DNA of 55,738 bases from Desulfobaccales bacterium (lineage in GTDB: Bacteria; Desulfobacterota; Desulfobaccia; Desulfobaccales; 0-14-0-80-60-11), in assembly GCA_041740935.1 (NCBI GenBank), contig JBGSLA010000009.1:1-55738 (forward strand). Direction: 5' to 3'. The notes under the pieces were generated by a model that worked only from the letters and a program-made list of their open reading frames with translations, did not search any database and was not told where the DNA came from. Of the stretch, positions 45,503 through 54,959 are shown in pieces. How positions within the stretch are numbered: the first letter of the stretch is position 1; each line of letters starts with the position of its first letter. The position numbers were made by a program, and so were the translations under genes.

Positions 45503-46084
45503 GTGGACCCGAGATCTGCTGAAAGCATCGTGGTGGTGGCCCCGGGGTGTGCCGCCCAACTGGTGGAGGAACTTTTTACGGCCCGGGTTTTGCCGGCGCA
45601 GGTTCCCTTTGAGGTGCTGTTGCCGCCGGAAAACTCGGTGCAATACGATACGTTACGCAACCTCAAGCTCTTTGCCGGCAAGATCCGGGTTTCCCCGTCG
45701 CCGGGTCGGAAATTTTTTTCCGCCGATCATCTCAAATGGCTCCGGGGCCGCTTGAAGGCCGCCTCCAAGGTCAACCTGTTGATTTGCCAGTCCCCCTTTA
45801 AAGATCCGCTCACCGCCTTGATTTCTCTATTGGTGTTGTATTGGTCGGGGCGGACCATCACCTTGTTGTTTGCCACCCCGGAGGCCATCATTGATCTGGA
45901 CGGGCAGGGTTTTTCCGACAAATGGATTGTCCAGGAATTGAACAGAGAAATATTATTCAACGAATTGCATCGGGCCTTTTGGTTTTTAACCCCCTGGGAT
46001 ATTATATATTTCCTGATGTTTGCCGGTTTAATTGTGAAACAGAAGTTGCAGAAAAGCTTGCCTTTCTGTTTTAAGACTAAATGA
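45503..46084 (+). CDS. hypothetical protein with C-terminal TM helix
   Basis: 193 aa, GTG start, in-line with the cluster. WFLTPWDIIYFLMFAGLIV is a hydrophobic helix. No family recognised. Confidence 0.4.
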   Translation: MDPRSAESIVVVAPGCAAQLVEELFTARVLPAQVPFEVLLPPENSVQYDTLRNLKLFAGKIRVSPSPGRKFFSADHLKWLRGRLKAASKVNLLICQSPFKDPLTALISLLVLYWSGRTITLLFATPEAIIDLDGQGFSDKWIVQELNREILFNELHRAFWFLTPWDIIYFLMFAGLIVKQKLQKSLPFCFKTK

Positions 46085-46139
46085 TTGATTGTAAAGAGGA
46101 ATTATTGAATTTACACTTTTTTCCTCACTCCACCAAGCA

Positions 46140-47084
46140 ATGGTGTTGTTATCCATGAATTGTTCCTTTGCTTCACATTGGAAAACCCAATTATTAAAAA
46201 GTTATTACTATGTCTATGAAGTAATCAAGTCAATAATCATTTATCCCGGCGACCCGGTGAATTTTCGGCCGCTGGACGCCTCGCCCGAGGCCCTGCAAAG
46301 AGACGTGGAATATGCCGCGTCCAATGCCAATTTTTGGATCAGCTTATTACCGGAAGACCAAATATACCTCAAAGGCCGAACCGTCCTGGAAATCGGGCCG
46401 GGGAGCAACTTCGGCATTCCGCTGATTTTCGCCTGCCACGGCGCGAGGGTCATGGTGGTCGACCGGTTTATCACCCCCTGGAGCGCTGACTATCATCCTA
46501 AATTTTATGCCCTGTTGCGGGAGACGGTGCAGGAAAAATGGCCCGGCATTGATCCGACGCCACTGGAGACGGTGCTTGCCCAGGGGCGATATCCGGAAGA
46601 GGTCATTACTCTCTGGCGGGGTTCGGTGGAGGAACTGACGGACGTCCCGGACCGCAGCGTTGATCTGGTGGTGTCCAACGCAGTTTTGGAACATCTGTAC
46701 GATGTGCCGACGGCCTTTTCCCAGTTGGCCCGGATTACCAAACCGGGGGGCCTTGGCATTCATCAGGTGGATTTTCGCGACCACAGTAATTTCTCCCGCC
46801 CCCTGGAATTTCTGTTGTATCGGGAAGAAAGGTATTACGGCATCGAAAAGATCACCCATGTGGAATTCGGCAATCGCTGCCGCCCCTGTCAGATGTGGAG
46901 GTTGCTGGAGCAGGCGGGCTTTGCGGTGCGGGATTTTCGCCCCGATATCTTTGCGGATGAGGAGTATTTAGAGGAATTCCTGGGGCGTCTGCGGCAGGCC
47001 CGCAAATCGCCCTATCGCGACTATGCCGCCGAGGACCTGCGGCCCCTGTCAGGTCTGTTATACATGGTGCGGCAGGAGGGGTAA
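46140..47084 (+). CDS. class I SAM-dependent methyltransferase (paralogue of 31063-32025)
   Basis: VLEIGPGSNFGIPLIFACHGARVMVVDRF, VDLVVSNAVLEHLYD, TKPGGLGIHQVDFRDH. Collinear with the 31063 protein over almost its full length. Confidence 0.8.
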   Translation: MVLLSMNCSFASHWKTQLLKSYYYVYEVIKSIIIYPGDPVNFRPLDASPEALQRDVEYAASNANFWISLLPEDQIYLKGRTVLEIGPGSNFGIPLIFACHGARVMVVDRFITPWSADYHPKFYALLRETVQEKWPGIDPTPLETVLAQGRYPEEVITLWRGSVEELTDVPDRSVDLVVSNAVLEHLYDVPTAFSQLARITKPGGLGIHQVDFRDHSNFSRPLEFLLYREERYYGIEKITHVEFGNRCRPCQMWRLLEQAGFAVRDFRPDIFADEEYLEEFLGRLRQARKSPYRDYAAEDLRPLSGLLYMVRQEG

Positions 47085-47146
47085 CATTTTCTGGGGGGAG
47101 GGCTAAGGGGAGGTGGCTCCCCCCTCCCTGCTCCCAAGCCGCTGTA

Positions 47147-47206
47147 GGGGCTTGATTTATCAAGCCCTGAGGGCGCCATGAATGGCGCCCCTACGAGGGT
47201 TGAGGG
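47147..47206. repeat. hairpin-module repeat shared with 9471-9517 and 9118-9148
   Basis: ggggcttgatttatcaagccctgagggcgccatgaatggcgcccctacgagggttgaggg. Confidence 0.8.
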
Positions 47207-47325
47207 AAAGAACCGGGAGCACAGGCATCTTGCCTGTGATACACTACCTTGAAAGCCTGCGTTTCCGATCTACAAAGGTCTGGCGGCCCAGCGCGGCTTT
47301 AAGGCCGCAACCAACCCCCAGCTAA

Positions 47326-47381
47326 CCGAAAAGTCCTTTTATTCCCTCCCCCTTGATGGGGGAGGGTTAGGGTGGGGGTGG
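47326..47381. repeat. 56-bp repeat, second copy at 55642-55697
   Basis: ccgaaaagtccttttattccctcccccttgatgggggagggttagggtgggggtgg versus ccggaaagtccttctgttccctccccctggatgggggagggttagggtgggggtgg. Confidence 0.8.
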
Positions 47382-47435
47382 TATTCGCCAAGGCGCCGGC
47401 GCGCCAAGTTTGAAGACTTTTGCCCCTCCGTCCTC

Positions 47436-48707
47436 CTACCAATAATACGTGGCCGCGCCCCCCAGTTCGGCCTCGATCTCAAGGAGCCGGTTATATTTGG
47501 CGATGCGTTCGCTGCGGCTGGCCGACCCGGTTTTGAGCTGGCCGCCGCCCATGGCCACCGCGAAATCGGCCAGGAAATCGTCCTCGGTTTCCCCGGAGCG
47601 ATGGGACAAAAAGTAGCGCCAGCCGGCCTCCCGGCACATGGTGATGGCCTCGATGGTCTCGGTCACCGAGCCGATCTGGTTTAATTTGATCAGCGCGGCG
47701 TTGGCGGATTTTTCCTTGATGCCCCGGCTGATGTATTTGGTGTTGGTCACCAGCAGGTCATCCCCCACCACTTCGATTTTGTCCCCGAGACGCGCGGTGA
47801 ATTTCCGGAACCCCTCCCAGTCGTCCTCCGCCAGGGGGTCTTCCCAGGAGACGATGGGATATTTGCGGCACCACTGCTCCGCCAGGGCGATCATCTCGTC
47901 GCTGGTTTTGACGCCGCCGCCGGAGCGCTTCAGGTCATAGGTCCCCGGTTGGTCGCCGGCAAACGAGCTGGCCGCCGAATCCATGGCGATGGCCAGGTCC
48001 TTGCCCGGCTTGTAGCCGGCCTTTTCCATGGCTTCGAGGATGATCTCCACCGCGGCTTCATTGCTGGGGAGGTTGGGGGCAAAGCCGCCTTCGTCCCCGA
48101 CGCTGGTGGCCAGGTTGCGCTTTTTGAGCAAACTTTTCAGCACATGAAAGGTTTCGGCCACAGAGCGCAGACCTTCCCGAAAATTCGGGGCCCCCAGGGG
48201 CACCGCCATATATTCCTGGAAATCGACGCTGTTGTCGGCATGCGCCCCGCCGTTGATGATGTTCATGCAGGGGACCGGCATGCGCCGGGTGCCGGGTCCG
48301 CCCAGGTATTGGTAGAGGGAGAGACCCGTGGCCAGGGCCCCGGCCTTGGCCACCGCCATGGACACCCCCAAAATGGCGTTGGCCCCCAGGCGGGCCTTGT
48401 TGGGGGTGCCGTCCAGGTCCAGCATGATCCGGTCGATGTCCATCTGCCGGGTGACGTCCAGTCCCAGGATGGCCGGGGCGATTTTGTCCTGAACATGGGC
48501 CACGGCCGTCAGCACCCCTTTGCCGGCGTAGCGCTTGGGGTCGCCGTCCCGGAGTTCCAGGGCCTCGTTTTCCCCGGTGCTGGCCCCGGAGGGCACCGAA
48601 GCCGTGGCCTTAAGGCCGTTATCCAGGGTGAGGCTCACGCGCACCGTGGGATTGCCCCGGGAATCAAGAATTTCCAGGGCCTTGACCGCAGCAATTTTTC
48701 TGGCCAT
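47436..48707 (-). CDS. eno: enolase (phosphopyruvate hydratase)
   Basis: IAAVKALEILDSRGNPTVRVSLTLDNG, SHRSGETED, IKLNQIGSVTET. Confidence 0.95.
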   Translation of the reverse strand: MARKIAAVKALEILDSRGNPTVRVSLTLDNGLKATASVPSGASTGENEALELRDGDPKRYAGKGVLTAVAHVQDKIAPAILGLDVTRQMDIDRIMLDLDGTPNKARLGANAILGVSMAVAKAGALATGLSLYQYLGGPGTRRMPVPCMNIINGGAHADNSVDFQEYMAVPLGAPNFREGLRSVAETFHVLKSLLKKRNLATSVGDEGGFAPNLPSNEAAVEIILEAMEKAGYKPGKDLAIAMDSAASSFAGDQPGTYDLKRSGGGVKTSDEMIALAEQWCRKYPIVSWEDPLAEDDWEGFRKFTARLGDKIEVVGDDLLVTNTKYISRGIKEKSANAALIKLNQIGSVTETIEAITMCREAGWRYFLSHRSGETEDDFLADFAVAMGGGQLKTGSASRSERIAKYNRLLEIEAELGGAATYYW

Positions 48708-48849
48708 GACAGCTTCTCCTCGCTCTAAGCGGCAGGTTCTCGCGCAGCTCGCGGTTACGGGACTTGTTCTTCCGGGATAAACCGCGGGAATGATTGTCCC
48801 ATAGCATCTTTCCCCACAATTTTCAATGGGATTCGGGAGGTTTTTCCGG

Positions 48850-49092
48850 TCAGTGCTGATGGGGCCAGGGTTCCTGATCCCGCTCTTCCAGGAAATAAAA
48901 AAAGCGCTCCCGCTCGATTTCCTTATGGGTGACAGGGCACTTGAGCCGGAGTTTGCGGTCCCCCACCTCGATGATTTCCCAGTCTCCCCTCCAGGGCCCC
49001 CCCTCGATGGTGATGGTGTCCCCGACGCGGGCGGGGTACAGGCGGAAAAAGACCACCCGCCGGGGACTTGGGCTAAAGTTTTCAGACATCAT
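48850..49092 (-). CDS. small hypothetical protein upstream of eno
   Basis: 80-aa ORF co-directional with eno, with coding-like codon bias. No family recognised. Confidence 0.4.
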   Translation of the reverse strand: MMSENFSPSPRRVVFFRLYPARVGDTITIEGGPWRGDWEIIEVGDRKLRLKCPVTHKEIERERFFYFLEERDQEPWPHQH

Positions 49093-49248
49093 CCGTCTCC
49101 TTTTCTGCTAATTTCCCTGAGCTGTTCTTGTTTGTTTAATTGTGGGCGTTGAAGTCTTACGGGGCACAACAGCCCTCCCCGGCAATGAAAGTCCTTTATA
49201 GGGGCGGGGTAACCCCGCCCCTACGGGTGGATTTTCACGGTAATAGTA

Positions 49249-49372
49249 CCTCAGGCGGCCATCTTGGGGTAGGGCGGCCGTCCCCGGCCGCCCAGTGCTC
49301 CGGCGGGCACTTAAGGCCCGCCCCATGACCAAATTTTCCCGGTGCCGGTAGGACGGGCTTCCAGCCCCTCCC
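49249..49372. repeat. hairpin-module block (76-bp module plus ggtaggacgggc module)
   Basis: 49249-49324 resembles 55090-55167 (roughly four fifths identical by eye). 49346-49372 is the ccggtaggacgggcttccagccc module. Confidence 0.75.
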
Positions 49373-49838
49373 GGGAAAGATTGAAAACCTGTGCCACCGG
49401 GTTTCCCCAAGGCGGGAGGCACGGCGCTTTCCCGCTACACCTGACTGGCCCCGCCTCCGGCACAATGAAAGCGGCGGGCGGAGCCCGCCCTACGCAGCTA
49501 CGCAGCTTTTCAGGCTTGGCGGCTGGGCCACAGGCCTTCTTCTCACCGCTATAAATAAGTATAAATCATTTTCGAGTCGCCAACCGAATCTAAAACTCCT
49601 TGAGCAACGATGGCCAAACCGGTTTAACCCAGGGCCCTGGGGCGCACCAGGTGTGGATTTTGCCGAGGATTTCAAACTCGGTGATGTCCAGGGCATTTTT
49701 ACAAAAAAGTTAAATTTTCTTCTGTAGGTTTTAATAAACTTTTGTTAATTTCGAGCCGAAAAAGGGTTTATAAGCAAATGTTGTAAAGCTGTTCGGTTTT
49801 TTCCAGTTGCCGCAGGTTAGGTGGATTGGAGGGAAGAC

Positions 49839-52800
49839 ATGAGCCAGCCAAACCTGGCCGATCAACTTCGTCTTGGCGGGAAATTAAGGCATTTTTTCAT
49901 TTTTTTCATATTTGGAGCCCTTTTTCTTCTTGCCGGCGTATTGCTCAACCCGAAGGAGGCGCCGGCCCAAACCTATACGGTCCAGGGACCGGCCCCCATC
50001 AGCGGCTCTTACGGGGTGAGGCTCCCGCCCGCCAATCCCGTGGTGGGGGCCGTCCAGGCGGTGCTGCCCCATCCCACCGACAGCAGCACCATGTATGTGG
50101 GCGCGGTCAACGGCGGCATCTGGAAAACCGGCGACGGCGGCGCCACCTGGACGCCGCTGACGGATTTGCAGCCGTCGCTGTCCATCGGGGCCCTGGGGCT
50201 GGATGCCGGCAATCCCAACCGCGTCCTGGCCGGGTGCGCCTCCTTCAGCAATTCCCGGGACATGGGCGGACCCCTGGCCGGGCTGTTGTATTCCCAGGAC
50301 GCGGGCGCCACCTGGACCTCCCTGGGAGGGCCGCTCCTCAAGAACACCAATGTCAGTGCGGTGCTGATAGACGATCAGGTCATGCTGGCGGCCTCCCGGA
50401 GCAACCTTGACCTGGTCTATGCTCCCGGCACGGTGACCGGCCTGTTCCGCAGCCTGGACGGCGGCAAGAGCTTTATCCCCCTGTCCGGCAGCGGCGGCCT
50501 GCCCCTGGGCAGCGTCACCAGTCTGGCCTGGGACCCCAATAATCATCAAAGGATTTACGCGGCCCTGGCCCAAAAGGGCATCTTTCGCAGCGACGACGGC
50601 GGCCGCACCTGGTCCAACATTACCCTGGCGGGCATGAGCATCGGCTCGCAAACCCGCAACGTCCTTCTGGCCGTAGGCGCCGGCGGTCAGTCGTTATTTG
50701 GGGCGGTAGCCCAGGGGGAGGCCGATCCGCCCAATGAAAAGGGCCCGGCGGAAAGGCTGGCCTCGGTGTGGCGCTCCCTGGACGGCGGCCTCACCTGGCA
50801 GAATATGGGGGGCCTGGGCGGGGGGGCCGGCAAAGGGCTGCCGGGAAGCACCGAAGGCGGGAGGTTTTTCGGCGTCAACCCCGGCGGGCAGGCCGACATC
50901 AACCTGTCCCTGGTGGCTGATCCCACCAATCCCAATCTGGTCTATATCGGCGGCGACGCCCAGCCCGCTCCCGGCGGCGGCGATTCCTGGCCGGTGGGCC
51001 AGGCCAACTCCATCGGCGCCATCGGCTATACCGGGCGGCTTTTCCGGGGGGATGCCTCCCGGCCTTTGGGCCAGCAATGGACCCCCCTGACCGACAATTT
51101 CACCAATCCCCAATCCGCCCCCCACGCCGACAGTCGCACCATGGCCTTTGACGCCGACGGCAACCTGCTGCAGGTGGATGACGGCGGCCTCTATCGGCGA
51201 CTGCAGGCCGCCTCCAACCTGGGACGCTGGGATTCCCTCAACGGCAATCTGCAGGTCACCGAATTTTACCCCCACACCCTGGCATACGACCGCAACACCC
51301 GGACCATCATCGGGGGCAACCAGGACAACGGCATCGGGGACCAGAAAACCCCCGGCAGCCTGGATTGGCAGGCCGTCTGGGGCGGTGACGGCGGCTATGT
51401 GGCCGTCAATGACTCCGCCCCGGACTTTTCGGTGCGCTACGGCAGTTCCCAGCATCTTGGGGGCTTCGGGCGCTACAAAGTGGATGTGGACAACAAGAAC
51501 ATCGGGGAGTCCCTGGCCAACCTGATAGTGGGGGGGATGCAGCTTGGCGTCTATGACAGCAGAATGGGAAGCTCTTTTCCCTTCATCACCCCGGTGGCCC
51601 TGAACCGGGGCGACATGTCCCGGCTGGTCATCGGGACGCAGCGGATTTACCTGGGCCGGGATGTGGTGCAAAAAAATGTGCCCTTGTCGCCCAACATCTA
51701 CCTGAGCGATATCAGCCTCAGGAACTTTGACAGCGAGGTCAGCGCCCTGGCCTACGGCCGCCCGGGCAACCCCAATATCCTGCTGGTGGGGGAAGGGGAA
51801 CGCCTGTGGCTGTCCACCACCCTGACCAGGGGGTCGCTGGCGCAACTGCGGAATTACCAGAGCGAGGGCAGGTACGTCAAAGATATTTTGATCAATCCCC
51901 AGTCGGATACTACCTTTTATGTGGCCGACGGCAGCCCGCCCTACCTGACCTCTGCGGCGCAGTATTACTATGGCGCCCTGCGCGCCACCGCCGACCGGGG
52001 GGTCAATTGGACCAAGGGGCTCACCCTCATGAAGCCCCAATGCCTGGGGTATATCGACGCGGGGGCGGTCAGGGCCGTGCTGGTGGGCGGGTACGGCGCC
52101 CTCTACGGCGCCCGGGAAACGGACCTGAACAACTGGCGCAACCTGACCGGCACCCTGCCGCACACTTTTATCACCAGCTTGCAGTACAGCGCCGGGGAAA
52201 ACCTGCTGGTGGTGGGCACCATGGGCCGGGGGGCCTTTACCCTGGCCAACGCCAGCACCTTTGTACCGGCGGCGCCGGCAAACGTGGACGCCGGCTGGAT
52301 CCGCCTCCTCCGGGCCGACACCCCCGATCAGACCGTAAACGGCGGCACTGTGCAGACGCCGGCGCCGTTGGCTTCCTGGGAAAACGATCTCACCCTCACC
52401 GGCCTGGGCGGGACGGTGGACACCGCCTGTGCAGATTCCACCTTCTCCGGGGTTATCTCCGGCCCCGGCCGGTTCACCAAAACGGGGCTGGGGACCCTGG
52501 CGCTGCGGGGGGTGAACACTTATGAAGGCGGCACCCTGTTCCGGGAGGGGGTCGTCAATGTGGCGAGCGACGCCAACCTGGGGGCCGCATCCGGGGGGCT
52601 GACCTTCAACGGCGGGACGCTCCAGGCCGGGGCCGGGCTGACCAGCGCCAGGGGCATCATCCTGGAGGCCGACGGCGGCAGCTTCCACACAGGGACAGGG
52701 AGTGCGGTCACCTCCACCCTGTCGGGGGCGATTTCCGGGGCCGGCGCCTGGCAGGTCGAGGGACTGGGGAAACTCCTGCTCCGGGGCCTCAATACCTATG

Positions 52801-54941
52801 AAGGGGGCACCATCCTTAAAGGCGGCACCCTGAACGTGGTGAACAATACCAACCTGGGCGCGGCCGCCGGCCCCCTGATCTTTAACGGCGGCACCCTCCA
52901 GGCCGGCGCGGCCCTGGCCAGCGCCCGGACCCTGGTGGTGTCGGGCAACGGCGGCGTCTTTGACACCAACGGCTTCGCCTCCAGCCTGGGCGGTTCCCTT
53001 TACGGCTACGGCGCCTTCACCCAGCGGGGCGCCGGGAGCGTTACCTTCAGCGCCGACGGCTCACCTTTCGCCGGGACTTATAATCTCACTGCTGGCGCCC
53101 TGAATCTGACCGGCACCCTGGGGAGCGTTTACTCCCCAGCCACCCTGTCGGTGCAAGCCGCCGGCGTCTTCCGGGGACCCGGCGGTCTGGTGGGCAATCT
53201 GGACCTGTGGGGCAATGGGGCGGGATTTTCGGGCGGCATCGGGGTGACCGGCCGCCTGAACCTGGCAAACACCCTGGGGTCCCGGGCCGCGCCCTGTGAA
53301 GTGATTATCTTCCCCAACGGCCGTCTCACCGGGAAAGGCACCATCATCGGCACCGTGTTGGATTGGGGGCAGGTGGAACCCGGCGAATCCCCTGGAACGA
53401 TATATATTGTCGGGAAATACACCCAGACCGGCACCGGCGCCTACCTGGTGGAGGTGGCGGCGCCCGGCGACTACGACCGGCTGGCAGTGAGCGGCGACCC
53501 CGGCACCGCCACCCTGAACGGCGTTGTGGCTCCAAGTCTGCTGGGGGGCTACCGGCCCCGGGGCAACCAGGTGTTTCCCGGGGTCATCACGGCCACCGGC
53601 GGCATCCAGGGGGTGTTCAGCACCATCCTCAACCCCCAGATCGGCCCCACCCTGTTCTGGCGGGCGCGCTACACCGCCACCAGCTTCGATCTGTTGGTGC
53701 AGCGGGACTACGCCAACCCCGGGTTGTGCCTGAATGCCAATCAGAATGCCGTGGGCCGGATGCTCAATCTTGTCGCCGGAGCCACCTCAGGCGACCTCAA
53801 CACGGTGCTGGACGCCGTCGACGGGCTGGCCGCCGAGGCCCAGGTCCGGGATGCCTATAAACAAATTTCCCCCGAAAAAACCACGGCCTTGTCCACCCTG
53901 GCCTTTACCGGGGCTAATTTCCGGATGCGCCAGCTGGCCCAGCGGGTCACCGATCTGCGCTTCGCCGACCGGGAGGCCTGGGTCGTAAGCGGCCTGCCTG
54001 GCTCCTTACAGTTGAACTATTCCGGGACGGGCGGCCTGATGCTGGCTTACAATTCCGCCGGCCTGGCCGGGCTGACCACCAAAAAGCCCCAGGCCGCCCC
54101 CTCACCGGGCCGCTTCGGCCTCTACCTCGACCCCGCTCTCGTCCTGGGGAGTCAGAAGTCGTCGGTGAACCAGACGGGCTTGGACTTTACCATGGCGTGC
54201 TTGACTTTCGGGGCCGACTACCGGCTGCGGGACAACCTGCTGGTGGGGCTGGCCACCGGCTACAGCCACACCGGCGCCGGGTTTTACGGCGCGGGCGGCG
54301 GGGTCCAGACCCACACCTGGCCCCTGACGGCCTACGCCGCCTACCTGCAGCGGTCGTTTTATGCGTATGGCTCCCTGGGCTACGCCCTCAATTTTTTCAA
54401 TCTGGAGCGGGGTTTCAGTTTCGGCGGACTGAACCGCACCGCTCGGAGTTCCCCGGTGGGGCATCAGTTCAACGCCTACGCGGAGGCGGGCTACGACCTG
54501 AAGGCTCGCCCCTTCATCATCACCCCGGTGGCCTCCCTGGCCTACTCGGGCCTCTGGGTGGGCGGCTTCACGGAAAGCGGCGCCGGGGCCCTGAACCTCC
54601 GGGTCGCTCCCCAAAGCGCCGCGTCCCTGCAAACCGGGGTGGGGGCCAAAGTGGCTGTGCCCCTGAAACGGGGCTCCATGACCATAGTGCCCCAGGCCTA
54701 CGCCACCTACCAGCACGAGTTCGAAAACGGCCGGCGGGGGCTTAACGCCGCGCTCAGCCAGGTGGGCAACAGCTTCACTTTCCAGACCGACGCCGCCCAA
54801 AAGGACTATGCCTCGCTGGGGGCCAACCTCACCTTGTTGACCGGGAAAAACCTGCGGGTGAACCTCAATTACAATGCCGAGGTGGGCCGGGCCAACTATC
54901 AGGCCCACAGCTTCAACGCCGGGCTGCGCTGGGAATTTTGA
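49839..54941 (+). CDS. autotransporter: BNR/Asp-box propeller passenger, PATR-type beta-helix repeats, C-terminal beta-barrel
   Basis: Signal peptide (FFIFFIFGALFLLAGVLL..APAQ). Six Asp-box-like motifs (TGDGGATW, SQDAGATW, SLDGGKSF, SDDGGRTW, SLDGGLTW, TADRGVNW). Repeated G-T-L-x-L-R-G-x-N-T-Y-E-G-G-T units. Ends in ...AGLRWEF. ATG 49839 has GGAGGG upstream; the longest ORF starts at GTG 49821. Confidence 0.85.
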   Translation: MSQPNLADQLRLGGKLRHFFIFFIFGALFLLAGVLLNPKEAPAQTYTVQGPAPISGSYGVRLPPANPVVGAVQAVLPHPTDSSTMYVGAVNGGIWKTGDGGATWTPLTDLQPSLSIGALGLDAGNPNRVLAGCASFSNSRDMGGPLAGLLYSQDAGATWTSLGGPLLKNTNVSAVLIDDQVMLAASRSNLDLVYAPGTVTGLFRSLDGGKSFIPLSGSGGLPLGSVTSLAWDPNNHQRIYAALAQKGIFRSDDGGRTWSNITLAGMSIGSQTRNVLLAVGAGGQSLFGAVAQGEADPPNEKGPAERLASVWRSLDGGLTWQNMGGLGGGAGKGLPGSTEGGRFFGVNPGGQADINLSLVADPTNPNLVYIGGDAQPAPGGGDSWPVGQANSIGAIGYTGRLFRGDASRPLGQQWTPLTDNFTNPQSAPHADSRTMAFDADGNLLQVDDGGLYRRLQAASNLGRWDSLNGNLQVTEFYPHTLAYDRNTRTIIGGNQDNGIGDQKTPGSLDWQAVWGGDGGYVAVNDSAPDFSVRYGSSQHLGGFGRYKVDVDNKNIGESLANLIVGGMQLGVYDSRMGSSFPFITPVALNRGDMSRLVIGTQRIYLGRDVVQKNVPLSPNIYLSDISLRNFDSEVSALAYGRPGNPNILLVGEGERLWLSTTLTRGSLAQLRNYQSEGRYVKDILINPQSDTTFYVADGSPPYLTSAAQYYYGALRATADRGVNWTKGLTLMKPQCLGYIDAGAVRAVLVGGYGALYGARETDLNNWRNLTGTLPHTFITSLQYSAGENLLVVGTMGRGAFTLANASTFVPAAPANVDAGWIRLLRADTPDQTVNGGTVQTPAPLASWENDLTLTGLGGTVDTACADSTFSGVISGPGRFTKTGLGTLALRGVNTYEGGTLFREGVVNVASDANLGAASGGLTFNGGTLQAGAGLTSARGIILEADGGSFHTGTGSAVTSTLSGAISGAGAWQVEGLGKLLLRGLNTYEGGTILKGGTLNVVNNTNLGAAAGPLIFNGGTLQAGAALASARTLVVSGNGGVFDTNGFASSLGGSLYGYGAFTQRGAGSVTFSADGSPFAGTYNLTAGALNLTGTLGSVYSPATLSVQAAGVFRGPGGLVGNLDLWGNGAGFSGGIGVTGRLNLANTLGSRAAPCEVIIFPNGRLTGKGTIIGTVLDWGQVEPGESPGTIYIVGKYTQTGTGAYLVEVAAPGDYDRLAVSGDPGTATLNGVVAPSLLGGYRPRGNQVFPGVITATGGIQGVFSTILNPQIGPTLFWRARYTATSFDLLVQRDYANPGLCLNANQNAVGRMLNLVAGATSGDLNTVLDAVDGLAAEAQVRDAYKQISPEKTTALSTLAFTGANFRMRQLAQRVTDLRFADREAWVVSGLPGSLQLNYSGTGGLMLAYNSAGLAGLTTKKPQAAPSPGRFGLYLDPALVLGSQKSSVNQTGLDFTMACLTFGADYRLRDNLLVGLATGYSHTGAGFYGAGGGVQTHTWPLTAYAAYLQRSFYAYGSLGYALNFFNLERGFSFGGLNRTARSSPVGHQFNAYAEAGYDLKARPFIITPVASLAYSGLWVGGFTESGAGALNLRVAPQSAASLQTGVGAKVAVPLKRGSMTIVPQAYATYQHEFENGRRGLNAALSQVGNSFTFQTDAAQKDYASLGANLTLLTGKNLRVNLNYNAEVGRANYQAHSFNAGLRWEF

Positions 54942-54959
54942 GGCCGGGGGGACTTTCTG

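Noticed and set aside
22068-47084. Prophage, integrative element or defence island interpretation of the accessory region
   Set aside because: I recognised no integrase, transposase, phage structural, restriction-modification, toxin-antitoxin or nuclease/helicase defence genes, and no flanking tRNA or att-like repeats.
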